Assembly (NCBI GenBank): GCA_964248365.1
Contig: CAXTYC010000004.1
Coordinates: 160,001 to 224,000 of the forward strand
Source of the DNA: an uncultured Chroococcidiopsis sp.
GTDB lineage: Bacteria > Cyanobacteriota > Cyanobacteriia > Cyanobacteriales > Chroococcidiopsidaceae
Reading direction: 5' to 3'
DNA length: 64,000 nucleotides
This document shows positions 32,273 to 42,182 of this stretch, piece by piece. Below the pieces are notes generated by a model. That model saw nothing but the letters and a program-made list of their open reading frames with translations. It ran no database searches and had not been told where the DNA came from. The position numbers were made by a program, and so were the translations under genes. Position 1 is the stretch's first letter. Each line of letters begins with the position of its first letter.

Positions 32273-33049
32273 TTAATTTAATTGCAGCCACTTTTGACCA
32301 TTTAACCGCTGCACTAAGCCATATATCATCAGATCAAGTGTGACTTTACGCTCATCAATTAAGAATGGCTCTAGTGTGCTGGGATGAGAACCTTCGTTGC
32401 AAGAAAAAGCTCTTTTTCCTTGAATATCTTCATCTGGAAAATAGAGATTGAATTGCCGCGAATCATTCTGCCAATGACCAACTATTTGCCAGCATTCATC
32501 CCCAGTGTAACCAGCAATTGGGAATTTTTGCTTAGCAAAAGTTAGGTCTACATCAGCAGCACCAGTCTCGGCTAGTACCTTCTTCACAGCTGGTATGTAA
32601 TCTTGTTGAATGAACTCGGCAAACGGCTTATCTTCAACTGCTGGTGCTTTCTCTTTTTTTGCCTTGGCTGCGGCTGGTTTATCACCATCTGCCTCAGCCC
32701 CGTCTGGCTTTTCTGCCTTCCCTTCAGCTTTTTTCGCGCCAGGCTTCCCAGCAGCCATAGCTTGCAAGTCACCTTCATTCGGGTTGTCTACTACTGCTGT
32801 ACCTTTCTCCTTTGCTTCATCAGTGTTCGCCACTAAATTTGCAGCAGGATCGGGCGCGTTAGCAGTGGGTATTTCTGCTGCTACAGCTTCAGACTCACTA
32901 CGAAGGTTTTCTGAGATAACGCTAGGTGCTTGTTCCTCAACGGTACTAGGAGGAGCATTTTCTCCCGCCGTCGAACCTGCGGGTGCTTGTCCTTCTGGTG
33001 TGGATTGAGTAGATTCGTCCGTACTATTTGGGGTAGTTTCTTCTGCCAT
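32273..33049 (-). CDS. ndhV: DUF2996 protein (NDH-1 subunit NdhV) with long acidic N-terminus
   Basis: VEDKPFAEFI, EPFLIDERKVTLDL..QRLNGQKWL. Confidence 0.82.
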   Translation of the reverse strand: MAEETTPNSTDESTQSTPEGQAPAGSTAGENAPPSTVEEQAPSVISENLRSESEAVAAEIPTANAPDPAANLVANTDEAKEKGTAVVDNPNEGDLQAMAAGKPGAKKAEGKAEKPDGAEADGDKPAAAKAKKEKAPAVEDKPFAEFIQQDYIPAVKKVLAETGAADVDLTFAKQKFPIAGYTGDECWQIVGHWQNDSRQFNLYFPDEDIQGKRAFSCNEGSHPSTLEPFLIDERKVTLDLMIYGLVQRLNGQKWLQLN

Positions 33050-33118
33050 TGCGAGAGGTGAATCCTTTGTGTAGCTTCATGGGCGATCGCTCACTTTTAT
33101 CATAGCGATCGTTTGTCA

Positions 33119-33152
33119 TTGGTAGTTGGTAGTTGGTAGTTGGTAGTTGGTA
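33119..33152. repeat. STRR (TTGGTAG)x4+
   Basis: Perfect tandem heptamers. Confidence 0.9.
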
Positions 33153-33194
33153 ATTCCTCACCACTCGTACCTCAAAAGCCGCCTCTTCTATTGA

Positions 33195-33470
33195 TCAACC
33201 ACCAGCCACAGCGGGGACAATACTTACTTCGTCGCCTTCTTTTAGGGGTGTGTCCGTTCCTTCTAAAAAGCGGATATCTTCGCTATTGACATATAGGTTC
33301 AAAAATCGTCGCGGTTGTCCTTGTTCATCACAAAGGCGAGACTTGATCCCTGGAAAGTTTTGCTCTAGGGATTCGAGTAGTTCAGCAATGTTGCTACCGC
33401 TACATTCCAATGTAGCTTGATCGTTGGTGAATTTTTGCAGGGGAGTGGGAATTAGAACTTTTACAGACAT
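33195..33470 (-). CDS. MoaD/ThiS-family sulfur carrier (CysO-like length)
   Basis: 91 aa ending in PAVAGG; immediately downstream of the thrC-like gene. Confidence 0.9.
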   Translation of the reverse strand: MSVKVLIPTPLQKFTNDQATLECSGSNIAELLESLEQNFPGIKSRLCDEQGQPRRFLNLYVNSEDIRFLEGTDTPLKEGDEVSIVPAVAGG

Positions 33471-33570
33471 AATTAGGGACTAGGGGCGATCGTACTAGGG
33501 ACTAGGGGAAAAACCCTAATCCAAAATCGGTAAAAAAGCTAATAGCTAATAGCTAATCGCGCGCCAGCTA

Positions 33571-34905
33571 TTAGACTAGGACTTGTTGCCAGTCGAGGCG
33601 CTCTAAAGTACGCGATCGCTCTAGCGCTCTTTCAAAACTATCTAGTTTTGGCTCAATTGTGAGTGGTTCGCCAATGTAGCCTTGTACAGCTTCCTGAGTC
33701 TTCAGACCATTTCCTGTAATATAAGCCACAGTGGTTTCATCTGGATCAATTTTGCCTGCTTCTACTAGTTTTTTCAGCACGGCGATCGTTGTTCCGCCTG
33801 CTGTTTCAGTGAAGATGCCTTCGGTTTCTGCTAGCAGTTTGATGCCTTCAATAATCTCTGCATCATTGACTGATTCAATGTTGCCATTGGTTTTGCGAGC
33901 TATGTCAAGGGCATAGACACCATCAGCAGGGTTGCCGATCGCTATCGATTTAGCAATTGTATTCGGTTTTACTGGTTTGATAAAGTCTTTTTCTTCTCGA
34001 TAAGCAGTTGCAATCGGTGAGCAACCTTCTGCTTGAGCGCCGCTGAAGCGCACACTCTTATCTTCCACCAAGCCAACTTGAATAAATTCTTGGAACCCTT
34101 TGTAAATCTTTGTAAATAGTGAACCCGAAGCTAGGGGAGCAACAATATGATCTGGCAGTTGCCAACCGAGTTGTTCTGCTACTTCATAACCTAGTGTTTT
34201 TGAGCCTTCGGAATAGTAGGGACGCAAGTTGATATTGACAAAACCCCAGCCATATGTATTGGCAACTTCAGAGCAGAGGCGGTTAACCTGGTCGTAGTTG
34301 CCATGTACAGCCATGACGGTAGGGCTGTAGATCAAAGTACCTAGAACCTTACCTGCTTCCAAATCAGACGGGATGAATACACAACAGTCTAGACCAGCAT
34401 GAGCGGCGATCGCAGCTGTAGAATTTGCCAAATTCCCCGTACTGGCACAGGAGACGGTAGTAAAGCCCAACTCACGCGCACGGGTGAGGGCAACTGACAC
34501 TACCCTATCCTTGAAGCTCAGTGTAGGCATATTGACGGCATCGTTTTTGATATAAAGCTGCTTCAGCCCTAAGCGACGTGCCAAGCGATTGGCGCGAACT
34601 AGGGGTGTTAAGCCAGTTCCCACGTCAATTGGATTGTCGGTAGCAACAGGCAAGAAAGGACGATAGCGCCAAATTGAATGTGGTCCTGCTTGAATGCTTT
34701 CCTTTGTAACTATACGGCGCAAAGCATTGTAATCGTAGCTTACTTCCAATGGTCCAAAACAGAACTCACAGACATGACTTGCTTTGAGTTCGTACTCAGC
34801 GCCACATTCCTTACACTTGAGCGCTTTAAAAGTGGCATCTGTTGCTTGGGTTTGGTTTGTGGTCACCTGGGTCATAGCTTGCTGCTTTTCCTCGATATCC
34901 GTCAA
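33571..34905 (-). CDS. thrC: Threonine synthase-family PLP enzyme
   Basis: CKEC..CEFC, PTLSFKDR, CASTGN, YITGNGLKT; the start may be ATG 34875. Confidence 0.9.
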   Translation of the reverse strand: MTDIEEKQQAMTQVTTNQTQATDATFKALKCKECGAEYELKASHVCEFCFGPLEVSYDYNALRRIVTKESIQAGPHSIWRYRPFLPVATDNPIDVGTGLTPLVRANRLARRLGLKQLYIKNDAVNMPTLSFKDRVVSVALTRARELGFTTVSCASTGNLANSTAAIAAHAGLDCCVFIPSDLEAGKVLGTLIYSPTVMAVHGNYDQVNRLCSEVANTYGWGFVNINLRPYYSEGSKTLGYEVAEQLGWQLPDHIVAPLASGSLFTKIYKGFQEFIQVGLVEDKSVRFSGAQAEGCSPIATAYREEKDFIKPVKPNTIAKSIAIGNPADGVYALDIARKTNGNIESVNDAEIIEGIKLLAETEGIFTETAGGTTIAVLKKLVEAGKIDPDETTVAYITGNGLKTQEAVQGYIGEPLTIEPKLDSFERALERSRTLERLDWQQVLV

Positions 34906-34947
34906 CTGTCGATTGATAGTAACACCTGGTAAATAATTGAGTCAAAT

Positions 34948-34972
34948 ATACCCGACTTTTTTTGTCGGGTTT
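34948..34972. promoter_or_regulatory. Putative Rrf2/IscR-type operator upstream of thrC-moaD
   Basis: ATACCCGAC-T7-GTCGGGTTT palindrome next to a - strand TTGACT-N18-TACTAT promoter candidate. Confidence 0.55.
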
Positions 34973-34984
34973 AGTTGGCTTGAC

Positions 34985-35026
34985 AAAACTAATAAAGTTA
35001 GTTTTAACTAATACTATTAGTTAAAA
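34985..35026. promoter_or_regulatory. Two tandem palindromic operators, probably for the adjacent TetR
   Basis: AAAACTAA-N5-TTAGTTTT and TTTTAACTAAT-N3-ATTAGTTAAAA right after TTGACA (34980-85). Confidence 0.7.
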
Positions 35027-35156
35027 TTTGGCTCTCAATCATGCGCTTCCTAATCCGCGCATCCGTTCTAGGCTCCTGCTTGGAAACGAGGCTTAAAAAT
35101 CTAGTCAGGTGGGTATGGGTGGCATACTAATCGAAAATCTAAAATCCAAAATCGAA

Positions 35157-35750
35157 ATGCCACGTCCTAAAGGGCAAACTTTGACTCAGAAAGATATTGT
35201 GGAAGCTGCGATCGCCTGCATCCAAAAAGAAGGTGAATCAGCATTAGGTGTAAACCGAGTCGCTAGGGAACTAGGAATTCAACCGCCATCCTTGTATAAC
35301 CACATTGCTGGAAATGAGGAATTGCGGCGGCTAGTGGTAGTGGAGGGCTGGCGGCGTTGTCTTGCTGCTTGTCTTCCACCTGCAACAGAGATTGAAGATG
35401 GACGAGAAAGGCTAAAGAAAAGTGCATATCGATTCCGGCGCTTTGTGCAAGAGAATCCATCGCTGTATGCAGTTTTGATGCGGTACAAATTAGATTTGAG
35501 CGTTCCAGAATTCGCCGCAATCTTTCAACAAGTCATCAAGTTCTACACCGAAATCCTAGAGCCTTATGGATTTAGTTCAGATGAAATTGTCCACACATCT
35601 CGCTTGGCTACTTCTGTGATGCATGGCTTTGTCAGCGTTGAACAAGCAGGTTTATTTACCTACAGTTTATCGACAAATGAAAGTTTCGAGTGGATTGTAA
35701 ACACGATTATTGATGCACTTGAGCAGAAAAAACGCTTACCGAGCGATTGA
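35157..35750 (+). CDS. TetR/AcrR-family regulator
   Basis: HTH VARELGIQPPSLYNH and C-terminal MHGFVSVE; start set at ATG 35157. Confidence 0.92.
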   Translation: MPRPKGQTLTQKDIVEAAIACIQKEGESALGVNRVARELGIQPPSLYNHIAGNEELRRLVVVEGWRRCLAACLPPATEIEDGRERLKKSAYRFRRFVQENPSLYAVLMRYKLDLSVPEFAAIFQQVIKFYTEILEPYGFSSDEIVHTSRLATSVMHGFVSVEQAGLFTYSLSTNESFEWIVNTIIDALEQKKRLPSD

Positions 35751-35759
35751 GGTGAATTT

Positions 35760-37238
35760 ATGAGTGACCTTGTTTTTCTTCCTGCCCATGAGTTAGCCAA
35801 AGGAATACGCGATCGCACCTTTTCCGCCGTCGAAGTATTAGACGCATATTTAGAGCAAATTGTCAAACACAACTTCAAACTAAATGCAGTTTGCACCCTG
35901 AATGAAGAAAACGCACGTAAACGAGCAAAACAAGCAGATGAAGCCTTAGCGCGAGGCGAAAACTGGGGCATTTTACACGGAGTACCCATCACCATCAAAG
36001 ACATCTTTGAAACGGCTGGACTACGTACAACGGCAGGCTATAAACCGCTCAAAGATTACGTTCCTGGGCAAGATGCAACGGTTGTTTCTCGTCTGGGTGC
36101 GGCTGGGGCGATTATTGTGGGTAAAACGAATGTGGCTGAACTGGCAGGGGATTACCAAGGCATCAATGATTTATTTCCCCGTGTCAATAATCCCTGGAAT
36201 TTAAACTGCACTCCTGGTGGTAGTTCTAGCGGTAGTGCTGCTGCTGTTGCGGCTGGTTTATCACCTCTGGATCTGGGTAATGATTTTGGTGGTTCAATTC
36301 GTCAACCAAGTCATTTCTGTGGTGTATTCGGATTCAAACCAACAGATCGCCGTGTATCGACAACAGGTATGATTCCTGAAGTTCCTGGGATGCCTAAATC
36401 CATTCGTCAAATGATGACGGTAGGACCACTAGCTAGATCAATTGAAGACTTGCGATTATGCTTTTCGCTGATAGCAGGTGCTGATCCACAACAACCAGAC
36501 ATTCCACCTGTTCCCCTCGATACACCTTCGCAAAAGTCTCTACAAAATTTGCGAATTGCTTGGACAGAGGAATGGCAACATTTCCCAGTTGCAATAGAAA
36601 TCAAATCAGCGATTGTGTCAGTTGCGGGGCAACTGGCTGATGTAGGAATGCAAATTGAACAATGGGTTCCAAACTTTGATTTTGTTGCTGCTTGTCAGAT
36701 TTACTTTGCTGTCGCAACTTACAATATGATCTACTCACAACAGATCGCGTTTGATGATGTTCGTAAGCAGATGCCGTTTCTGTTTCGTGAGGCTACACAA
36801 GGCGATCCCACGTTACGCAAAGGAATTAACACAGCCCGAACGGGGCTGTCTATTTGGTTGAACCCAAGCTTGAAAGGTTATTTTGAAGCTTTGACAGAAC
36901 GCGATCGCCTGATTGCTCAAATGGACAAGGAACTAGAACAATGGGACGTGTGGCTGTGTCCTGTTGCAATGACACCTGCATTCATTCATCGTGCTAAGGG
37001 TGAAGCGGTTGAGGTGGATGGTAGAAAAGTCCCTTACCTAATGGCATCAGGCGCTTATACAATACCCTTCAGTTTTACAGGTCATCCAGTCGTGGTGATA
37101 CCAATTGGACAAACTCAAACTGGATTACCAATTGGAATGCAGATTGTTGGTAAACGATGGAAGGAAATGGAATTACTAGCGACAGCCAGACAACTGACCG
37201 AAATCACCCAAGCCTACCAACGCCCACCAGGATATTAA
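35760..37238 (+). CDS. Amidase signature-family enzyme
   Basis: GVPITIKD, PGGSSSGSAAAVA, GGSIRQPS. Confidence 0.93.
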   Translation: MSDLVFLPAHELAKGIRDRTFSAVEVLDAYLEQIVKHNFKLNAVCTLNEENARKRAKQADEALARGENWGILHGVPITIKDIFETAGLRTTAGYKPLKDYVPGQDATVVSRLGAAGAIIVGKTNVAELAGDYQGINDLFPRVNNPWNLNCTPGGSSSGSAAAVAAGLSPLDLGNDFGGSIRQPSHFCGVFGFKPTDRRVSTTGMIPEVPGMPKSIRQMMTVGPLARSIEDLRLCFSLIAGADPQQPDIPPVPLDTPSQKSLQNLRIAWTEEWQHFPVAIEIKSAIVSVAGQLADVGMQIEQWVPNFDFVAACQIYFAVATYNMIYSQQIAFDDVRKQMPFLFREATQGDPTLRKGINTARTGLSIWLNPSLKGYFEALTERDRLIAQMDKELEQWDVWLCPVAMTPAFIHRAKGEAVEVDGRKVPYLMASGAYTIPFSFTGHPVVVIPIGQTQTGLPIGMQIVGKRWKEMELLATARQLTEITQAYQRPPGY

Positions 37239-37263
37239 GGCTTCTTGCTCCAAGTAGGGTAAA

Positions 37264-37435
37264 CTGATATCTTGCACCTAACCCCATCTCCCGCCAAGAA
37301 ATAAATTTCAAAGGACCAAAGCCACTCGTCCACTGAAGTGGACTAAAAACCTTACCTAGTCTTCTTTAGAAGACGAGAGCTATTAGCCTTTTGAATTCAT
37401 TCAAAAGGCGGTTGTGGGAAGTGGTGCAAGATCAG
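37264..37435. mobile_element. Palindromic MITE subtype B copy 2
   Basis: Near-identical to 21055-21227. Confidence 0.85.
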
Positions 37436-37520
37436 CAGGTAAAGGGAAAAGAGGTATTGCGGTAAAGGTAATTTCTCCCCTTTGCTCCCTTTTGCTCCCT
37501 TTTGCTCCCTTTTGCCCTCT

Positions 37521-37778
37521 TCACCCGCCGCTGACGGGTGGAATTAGTACCACTTCATCGCCGTCTTGCAGGATGGTATCTGGTTCTACAAATTGCAAAT
37601 TAACACCAAAGCGAGTTAGATCCCGCCACCGCGCAAGTTGTGGGTGTTCGCTAATTAGGCGATCGCGTACTGCTGCTACTGTTATACGTGGGGGAAATTC
37701 CAGCACTATTTCGGAAACACCATAAGCTTCTTGATAGGCAGCGAAGAGCTTAACTGTAACTTTGACGGTATCAGCCAT
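37521..37778 (-). CDS. moaD: Molybdopterin synthase sulfur carrier MoaD
   Basis: VKLFAAYQE...VNLQFV...GDEVVLIPPVSGG. Confidence 0.88.
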   Translation of the reverse strand: MADTVKVTVKLFAAYQEAYGVSEIVLEFPPRITVAAVRDRLISEHPQLARWRDLTRFGVNLQFVEPDTILQDGDEVVLIPPVSGG

Positions 37779-37951
37779 AAATATAAATTAAATATTTTTA
37801 ATAATTATTAATAATTATTAAACAAATCTTTTTCCACCAGCACAAATATAGTGTCAAATATAACTTAGTAACAGCAATTAGCTGGCGCGCGTTAGCTATT
37901 AGCTAATTGCTAACAGCTAACCCCTAACAGCTAATAGCTAATAGCTAAAAA

Positions 37952-38545
37952 CTATGGACGTTCTTCAATTACACGGTCAATTAGACCATATTCCTTGGCT
38001 TCCTGAGCAGACATGAAAAAGTCACGATCCATGTCTTTTTCAATCTTGGGGAGGGGCTGACCTGTATTATCAGCATAGATCTGATTGAGATGCTGGCGAA
38101 TCCGCAAGATTTCTCTAGCTTCAATCTCAATATCTGTTGCCTGTCCTCTCGCACCACCAGAAGGTTGGTGAATCATAATCCGAGAGTGAGGTAGCGCCAG
38201 TCGTTTTCCTTTAGTGCCTGCGGCAAGTAGGAACGAACCCATAGAGGCGGCTAAGCCCACACAAATGGTTGCTACATCTGATTTGATGTGCTGCATGGTG
38301 TCATAAATTGCCATGCCAGATGTCACCATTCCCCCTGGAGAATTGATGTATAGAAGTATGTCTTTGCCTGGATCTTCTGAATCCAGATAAAGCATAAAGG
38401 CGATGATTTCGTTGGCAATCTCATCATTAACTTCTTGCCCTAAGAAAATAATGCGATCGCGGGCAAGACGATTGTAGATGTGAATCCACTGAGTATAGGG
38501 TTCCCCCGGCAATCGGTAGGGGACGCTAGGATACCCGATAGGCAT
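37952..38545 (-). CDS. clpP: Clp protease proteolytic subunit
   Basis: YINSPGG, GLAASMG (catalytic Ser), MIHQP, DRDFFMS. Confidence 0.95.
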   Translation of the reverse strand: MPIGYPSVPYRLPGEPYTQWIHIYNRLARDRIIFLGQEVNDEIANEIIAFMLYLDSEDPGKDILLYINSPGGMVTSGMAIYDTMQHIKSDVATICVGLAASMGSFLLAAGTKGKRLALPHSRIMIHQPSGGARGQATDIEIEAREILRIRQHLNQIYADNTGQPLPKIEKDMDRDFFMSAQEAKEYGLIDRVIEERP

Positions 38546-38579
38546 AATTTACTCCGTTTTTAATTTGCTGGGGGTAGTT

Positions 38580-38767
38580 AATAGAAAGGATGAAGGATAA
38601 AGGCTGAAGGCAAAAAGGATAAAGGTAAAAGGTAAAAGGGGAAAGGGGAAAGGGAAAAGGGAAAGAATTAAATTTTCTGTCTCCTGTCTCCTGTTTCCAC
38701 AACTCCACAACTTCACAACTCCACAACTCCACAACTCCTTCATACTTCACACTTCATACTTCAACCT
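38580..38767. repeat. STRR cluster (AAAGGAT, GGGGAAA, TCTCCTG, CCACAACT)
   Basis: Tandem 7-8-mers between clpR and clpP. Confidence 0.85.
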
Positions 38768-39424
38768 TTAGGCGACTCCGGCTGGTAGTGGAGGATTGGC
38801 TAAGTCTTGTTTTTCTAGAACTCTGTCAATTAGCCCATACTCTTTAGCCTGCACTGGAGTCATGTAGAACAACCGATCCATGTCTTTGGAAACTTTTTCT
38901 AGCGGCTGACCAGTGGTATGAGATAAAATTTCAAGCATCGTTGCCTTATTCGCCAGAACTTCCTTAGCTCGGATCTGAATATCCGTTGCTTGACCTTGGG
39001 CGTAGCTCTTGGGTTGGTGCAAGATAATACTGGCGTTAGGCAGACTCGCCCGACAACCTTTTGTACCAGCTGAGAGAAGCATCGCTGCCATACCCATTGC
39101 TGAACCAATACAAATGGTATGAATAGGGGGCTTGATGTATTTTATCGTGTCATAGATGGCAAAGGCTTCGGTTTCAAAACCGACCGGATCGCCACCATAG
39201 CTAGAGGTTCCAGTAGAGTTGATGTAGATTTTAATCGGTTTGTCAGGATCGTCGGATTGCAAATACAGCAGTTCGGCGATTATAAGTTTCGTTACCTCTG
39301 GCACTAGGGGCATACCGAGATAGACAATCCGCTCTTTTAATAATAAAGAGGGTAAATCTGGCGGTGGTGTGCGGTAGAAGTTATCGCCATAATAAGGAGA
39401 TTGAACAGCTTTAATTGGTTCCAT
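38768..39424 (-). CDS. clpR: Non-catalytic Clp subunit ClpR
   Basis: RTPPPDLPSLLLKERIVYLG, YINSTG, AMGMAA lacking the catalytic Ser; upstream of clpP. Confidence 0.9.
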   Translation of the reverse strand: MEPIKAVQSPYYGDNFYRTPPPDLPSLLLKERIVYLGMPLVPEVTKLIIAELLYLQSDDPDKPIKIYINSTGTSSYGGDPVGFETEAFAIYDTIKYIKPPIHTICIGSAMGMAAMLLSAGTKGCRASLPNASIILHQPKSYAQGQATDIQIRAKEVLANKATMLEILSHTTGQPLEKVSKDMDRLFYMTPVQAKEYGLIDRVLEKQDLANPPLPAGVA

Positions 39425-39769
39425 AGCAAATAAGAGCGCTCTTAATAATGCCATTATCTTTTGTAATCCTAGCTTGACAATTGACCTAGTAGTGGTACGG
39501 ATTCCTCGCCTTCTTTCCCCGTGCTGCCAGGAAATTCCGTCTTAAAAAAATGACGGTCCTTCATAACAGATCAACCGTGATGCCAACAAATAACCCCAAA
39601 ACAAGGACTGTCCTTTTTTTAGGGTTCCATCGGATTCCCATACAAGAACGATTTAGGTTAGTAAGATATTCTGTTTATTAGGAATGTAGATATATTTAAA
39701 TGATTTTTCCGTAGCAACATAGTGCTATGGAGTGGTTGATATAAGCTCTGGATTTAGATAGGATGGGGT

Positions 39770-41014
39770 ATGAATGTCTTCTTGCAGCCTGCTCTCAATG
39801 ATGTCAATTTAGACGGGACGCAACCGAGTAGTCAGCGTCAATTGGCAGTGTCAATTTCGGCGATCGCCAACGATAGGTCGCCCAATGTGCCACTTAATCT
39901 TTGCTTAATTCTTGACCAAAGCGGTTCAATGAAAGGGGAACCGATAGAAATGGTCAAAAAAGCAGCTTTGCGGTTGGTAGACAAACTACAAAGTTGCGAT
40001 CGCTTGTCTGTAGTAGTTTTCGCCCACCGAGCCAAAGTACTAGTACCCAATCAATATGTTGAAGATCCAATCCATATTAAGCGGCAAATTGAGCGGCTTT
40101 ATGCTGAGGGTGGCACATCCATTGATGAAGGGCTGAAATTGGGAGTTGAGGAACTGGGGAAGGGCAAAAAAGAAGCAATTTCTCAGGCATTTTTGTTGAC
40201 TGACGGTGAAAACGAACACGGTGATAACAATCGCTGCCTCAAATTAGCCCAACTGGCTGCTAGCTACAACTTAACACTCAATACCCTAGGATTTGGTGAC
40301 TACTGGAACCAGGATATTTTGGAAAAAATTGCCGATGGTGGTGGTGGCAGTTTGTCTTATATTCAAAGACCAGATCAAGTAGTGGAAGAATTTGGTCGCC
40401 TATTCAACCGTATTCAAGCAGTGGGACTGACGAATGCTTACCTGCAACTATCCCTCCTGCCCAAAGTACGCCTAGCAGAACTCAAACCAATCGCCCAAGT
40501 TGCTCCTGATACAATTGAACTGCCACTGCAACAAGATGCTGATGGCAAATATACTGTGCGCCTGGGAGATTTGATGCAAGACGTGCAGCGGGTAGTGTTG
40601 GCGAATATGTATGTCGGTCAACTGCCAGAAGGCAGACAAACAATTGCCAACATCCAAGTGTGTTATGACGATCCAGCTACAAACTCTTCTGGTCTAATCT
40701 CTGAAAATATTCCCATAGAAGTCAACGTAATGCGAAATTATGTGCCAAACGTTGATCCCCAGGTGCAGCGATATATCCTTGCCTTAGCCAAGTATCGACA
40801 AACTCAGCTAGCAGAGGCAAAGTTGCAACAAGGCGATCGCGCTGGTGCAGCAACAATGTTACAAACCGCCGCCAAAACTGCCCTGCAAATGGGCGACAAA
40901 GGAGCAGCTACAGTACTACAAACGAGTGCCACTCGTCTACAAGCTGGAGAAGAACTTTCAGAAGCAGAGCGCAAGAAAACCAGAATTGTCTCGAAAACTA
41001 TCTTGCAGGAGTAG
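39770..41014 (+). CDS. von Willebrand factor A domain protein
   Basis: MIDAS DQSGSM, GGTSI, LLTDGEN. Confidence 0.92.
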   Translation: MNVFLQPALNDVNLDGTQPSSQRQLAVSISAIANDRSPNVPLNLCLILDQSGSMKGEPIEMVKKAALRLVDKLQSCDRLSVVVFAHRAKVLVPNQYVEDPIHIKRQIERLYAEGGTSIDEGLKLGVEELGKGKKEAISQAFLLTDGENEHGDNNRCLKLAQLAASYNLTLNTLGFGDYWNQDILEKIADGGGGSLSYIQRPDQVVEEFGRLFNRIQAVGLTNAYLQLSLLPKVRLAELKPIAQVAPDTIELPLQQDADGKYTVRLGDLMQDVQRVVLANMYVGQLPEGRQTIANIQVCYDDPATNSSGLISENIPIEVNVMRNYVPNVDPQVQRYILALAKYRQTQLAEAKLQQGDRAGAATMLQTAAKTALQMGDKGAATVLQTSATRLQAGEELSEAERKKTRIVSKTILQE

Positions 41015-41146
41015 CCACCCATGCCCAGCATAACGGCAGCTAGTGTAAAGGCGCGCTTTCACCAAGGGGCAAGTTCGGATCATCGAAGAGCCTATGCATG
41101 AAAATTCTTTGAGGCTTTTGGTGTGGCGTAAGTTTTTTAGTTTTTT

Positions 41147-41935
41147 TCAAGCGAAATCGTAACTAAATCGGATGTTGTCTTTGTCGATGCCGTCAAGTAC
41201 AACAGAGAGTCCACCCATACGAATCATCCACTCAAGACGATGATCGCGGTACTCACGTTTGAACTGGTTCTGCTCAACGAGGTGCGAAAATTGCTCCAAT
41301 CCGGCAATTGCGTCTTTTGCTTCCTGCAACGTTTGAGCGACGCTTGGACGTATATTAACGCGCTCCAGCCAATCGGCGAGTGGGGAGCCAGGTTCCGGCA
41401 CAATGCCGAATACAGTTGACGACACGTTGATGTGGGGGACGATACACAGATCGCTCCAGCCAAAACGGTTGCCGTTGAACCATTGGCGATCGCCTAGCTG
41501 GTTTGTGAGCCATTGGCGGCACTTGGCAGCTTGTTGTTTGGCATTCCCAACGATCTTTTCCGCCAGCTCACCTTTTGCCCGACCAAAGAAGTTGATCTCA
41601 CCAAGCCCCCAGTTGATCGGTTCGTAGTAGGTGTCCATGACTTCTTCGATCGTGCGGACACGGGCGCGCTCCGCCGGATTGCTCGGCAGTAGTGGTGGCT
41701 CTGACCATTTATCTTCGATGTACTCCAAGATGATTGTAGAGTCGAAGATCTTGATGTCGCCGTCAATGAGGGCTGGTACCTCCGCACGGGGATTGGCTTG
41801 GAGGAACTCGCTGCCCCCGAACCCGCTCCCACCAAGCCCAGGTGTCCTGGTTTCAAACTCAATTCCCTTTTCGCGCAAGGCGATTTTTATCTTCTGTACA
41901 TACGGAGATAGCGGGTGTTCGTAGACGATGATCAT
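41147..41935 (-). CDS. Glutathione S-transferase family protein
   Basis: SPYVQKIKIALREKG, NPRAEVPAL, DSTIILEYI. Confidence 0.9.
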   Translation of the reverse strand: MIIVYEHPLSPYVQKIKIALREKGIEFETRTPGLGGSGFGGSEFLQANPRAEVPALIDGDIKIFDSTIILEYIEDKWSEPPLLPSNPAERARVRTIEEVMDTYYEPINWGLGEINFFGRAKGELAEKIVGNAKQQAAKCRQWLTNQLGDRQWFNGNRFGWSDLCIVPHINVSSTVFGIVPEPGSPLADWLERVNIRPSVAQTLQEAKDAIAGLEQFSHLVEQNQFKREYRDHRLEWMIRMGGLSVVLDGIDKDNIRFSYDFA

Positions 41936-42104
41936 TGGTCAAATTCTCCCTGCTACTTAGGATCTTTTTTTTGCAAAATAGAGACTTTCGTGGTTATTCT
42001 TTGCTTATTCCTTTCCCAGGATAATATTACCGATAACTGTTAATTATTCTTTAATCTTATACGGGGAAAAAAGTAGGACGGGGCTTTAAACCCATTTCTT
42101 CGGT

Positions 42105-42138
42105 AAAACAAAACCGATGCAGCCCTTGTGCATCGGTT
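42105..42138 (-). terminator. Probable intrinsic terminator
   Basis: 10-bp stem AACCGATGCA/TGCATCGGTT followed by a T-rich tail on the - strand. Confidence 0.65.
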
Positions 42139-42182
42139 ATGACGAAGCGATCGCCCCATCGATTCAATTCCCATCACTGCCC

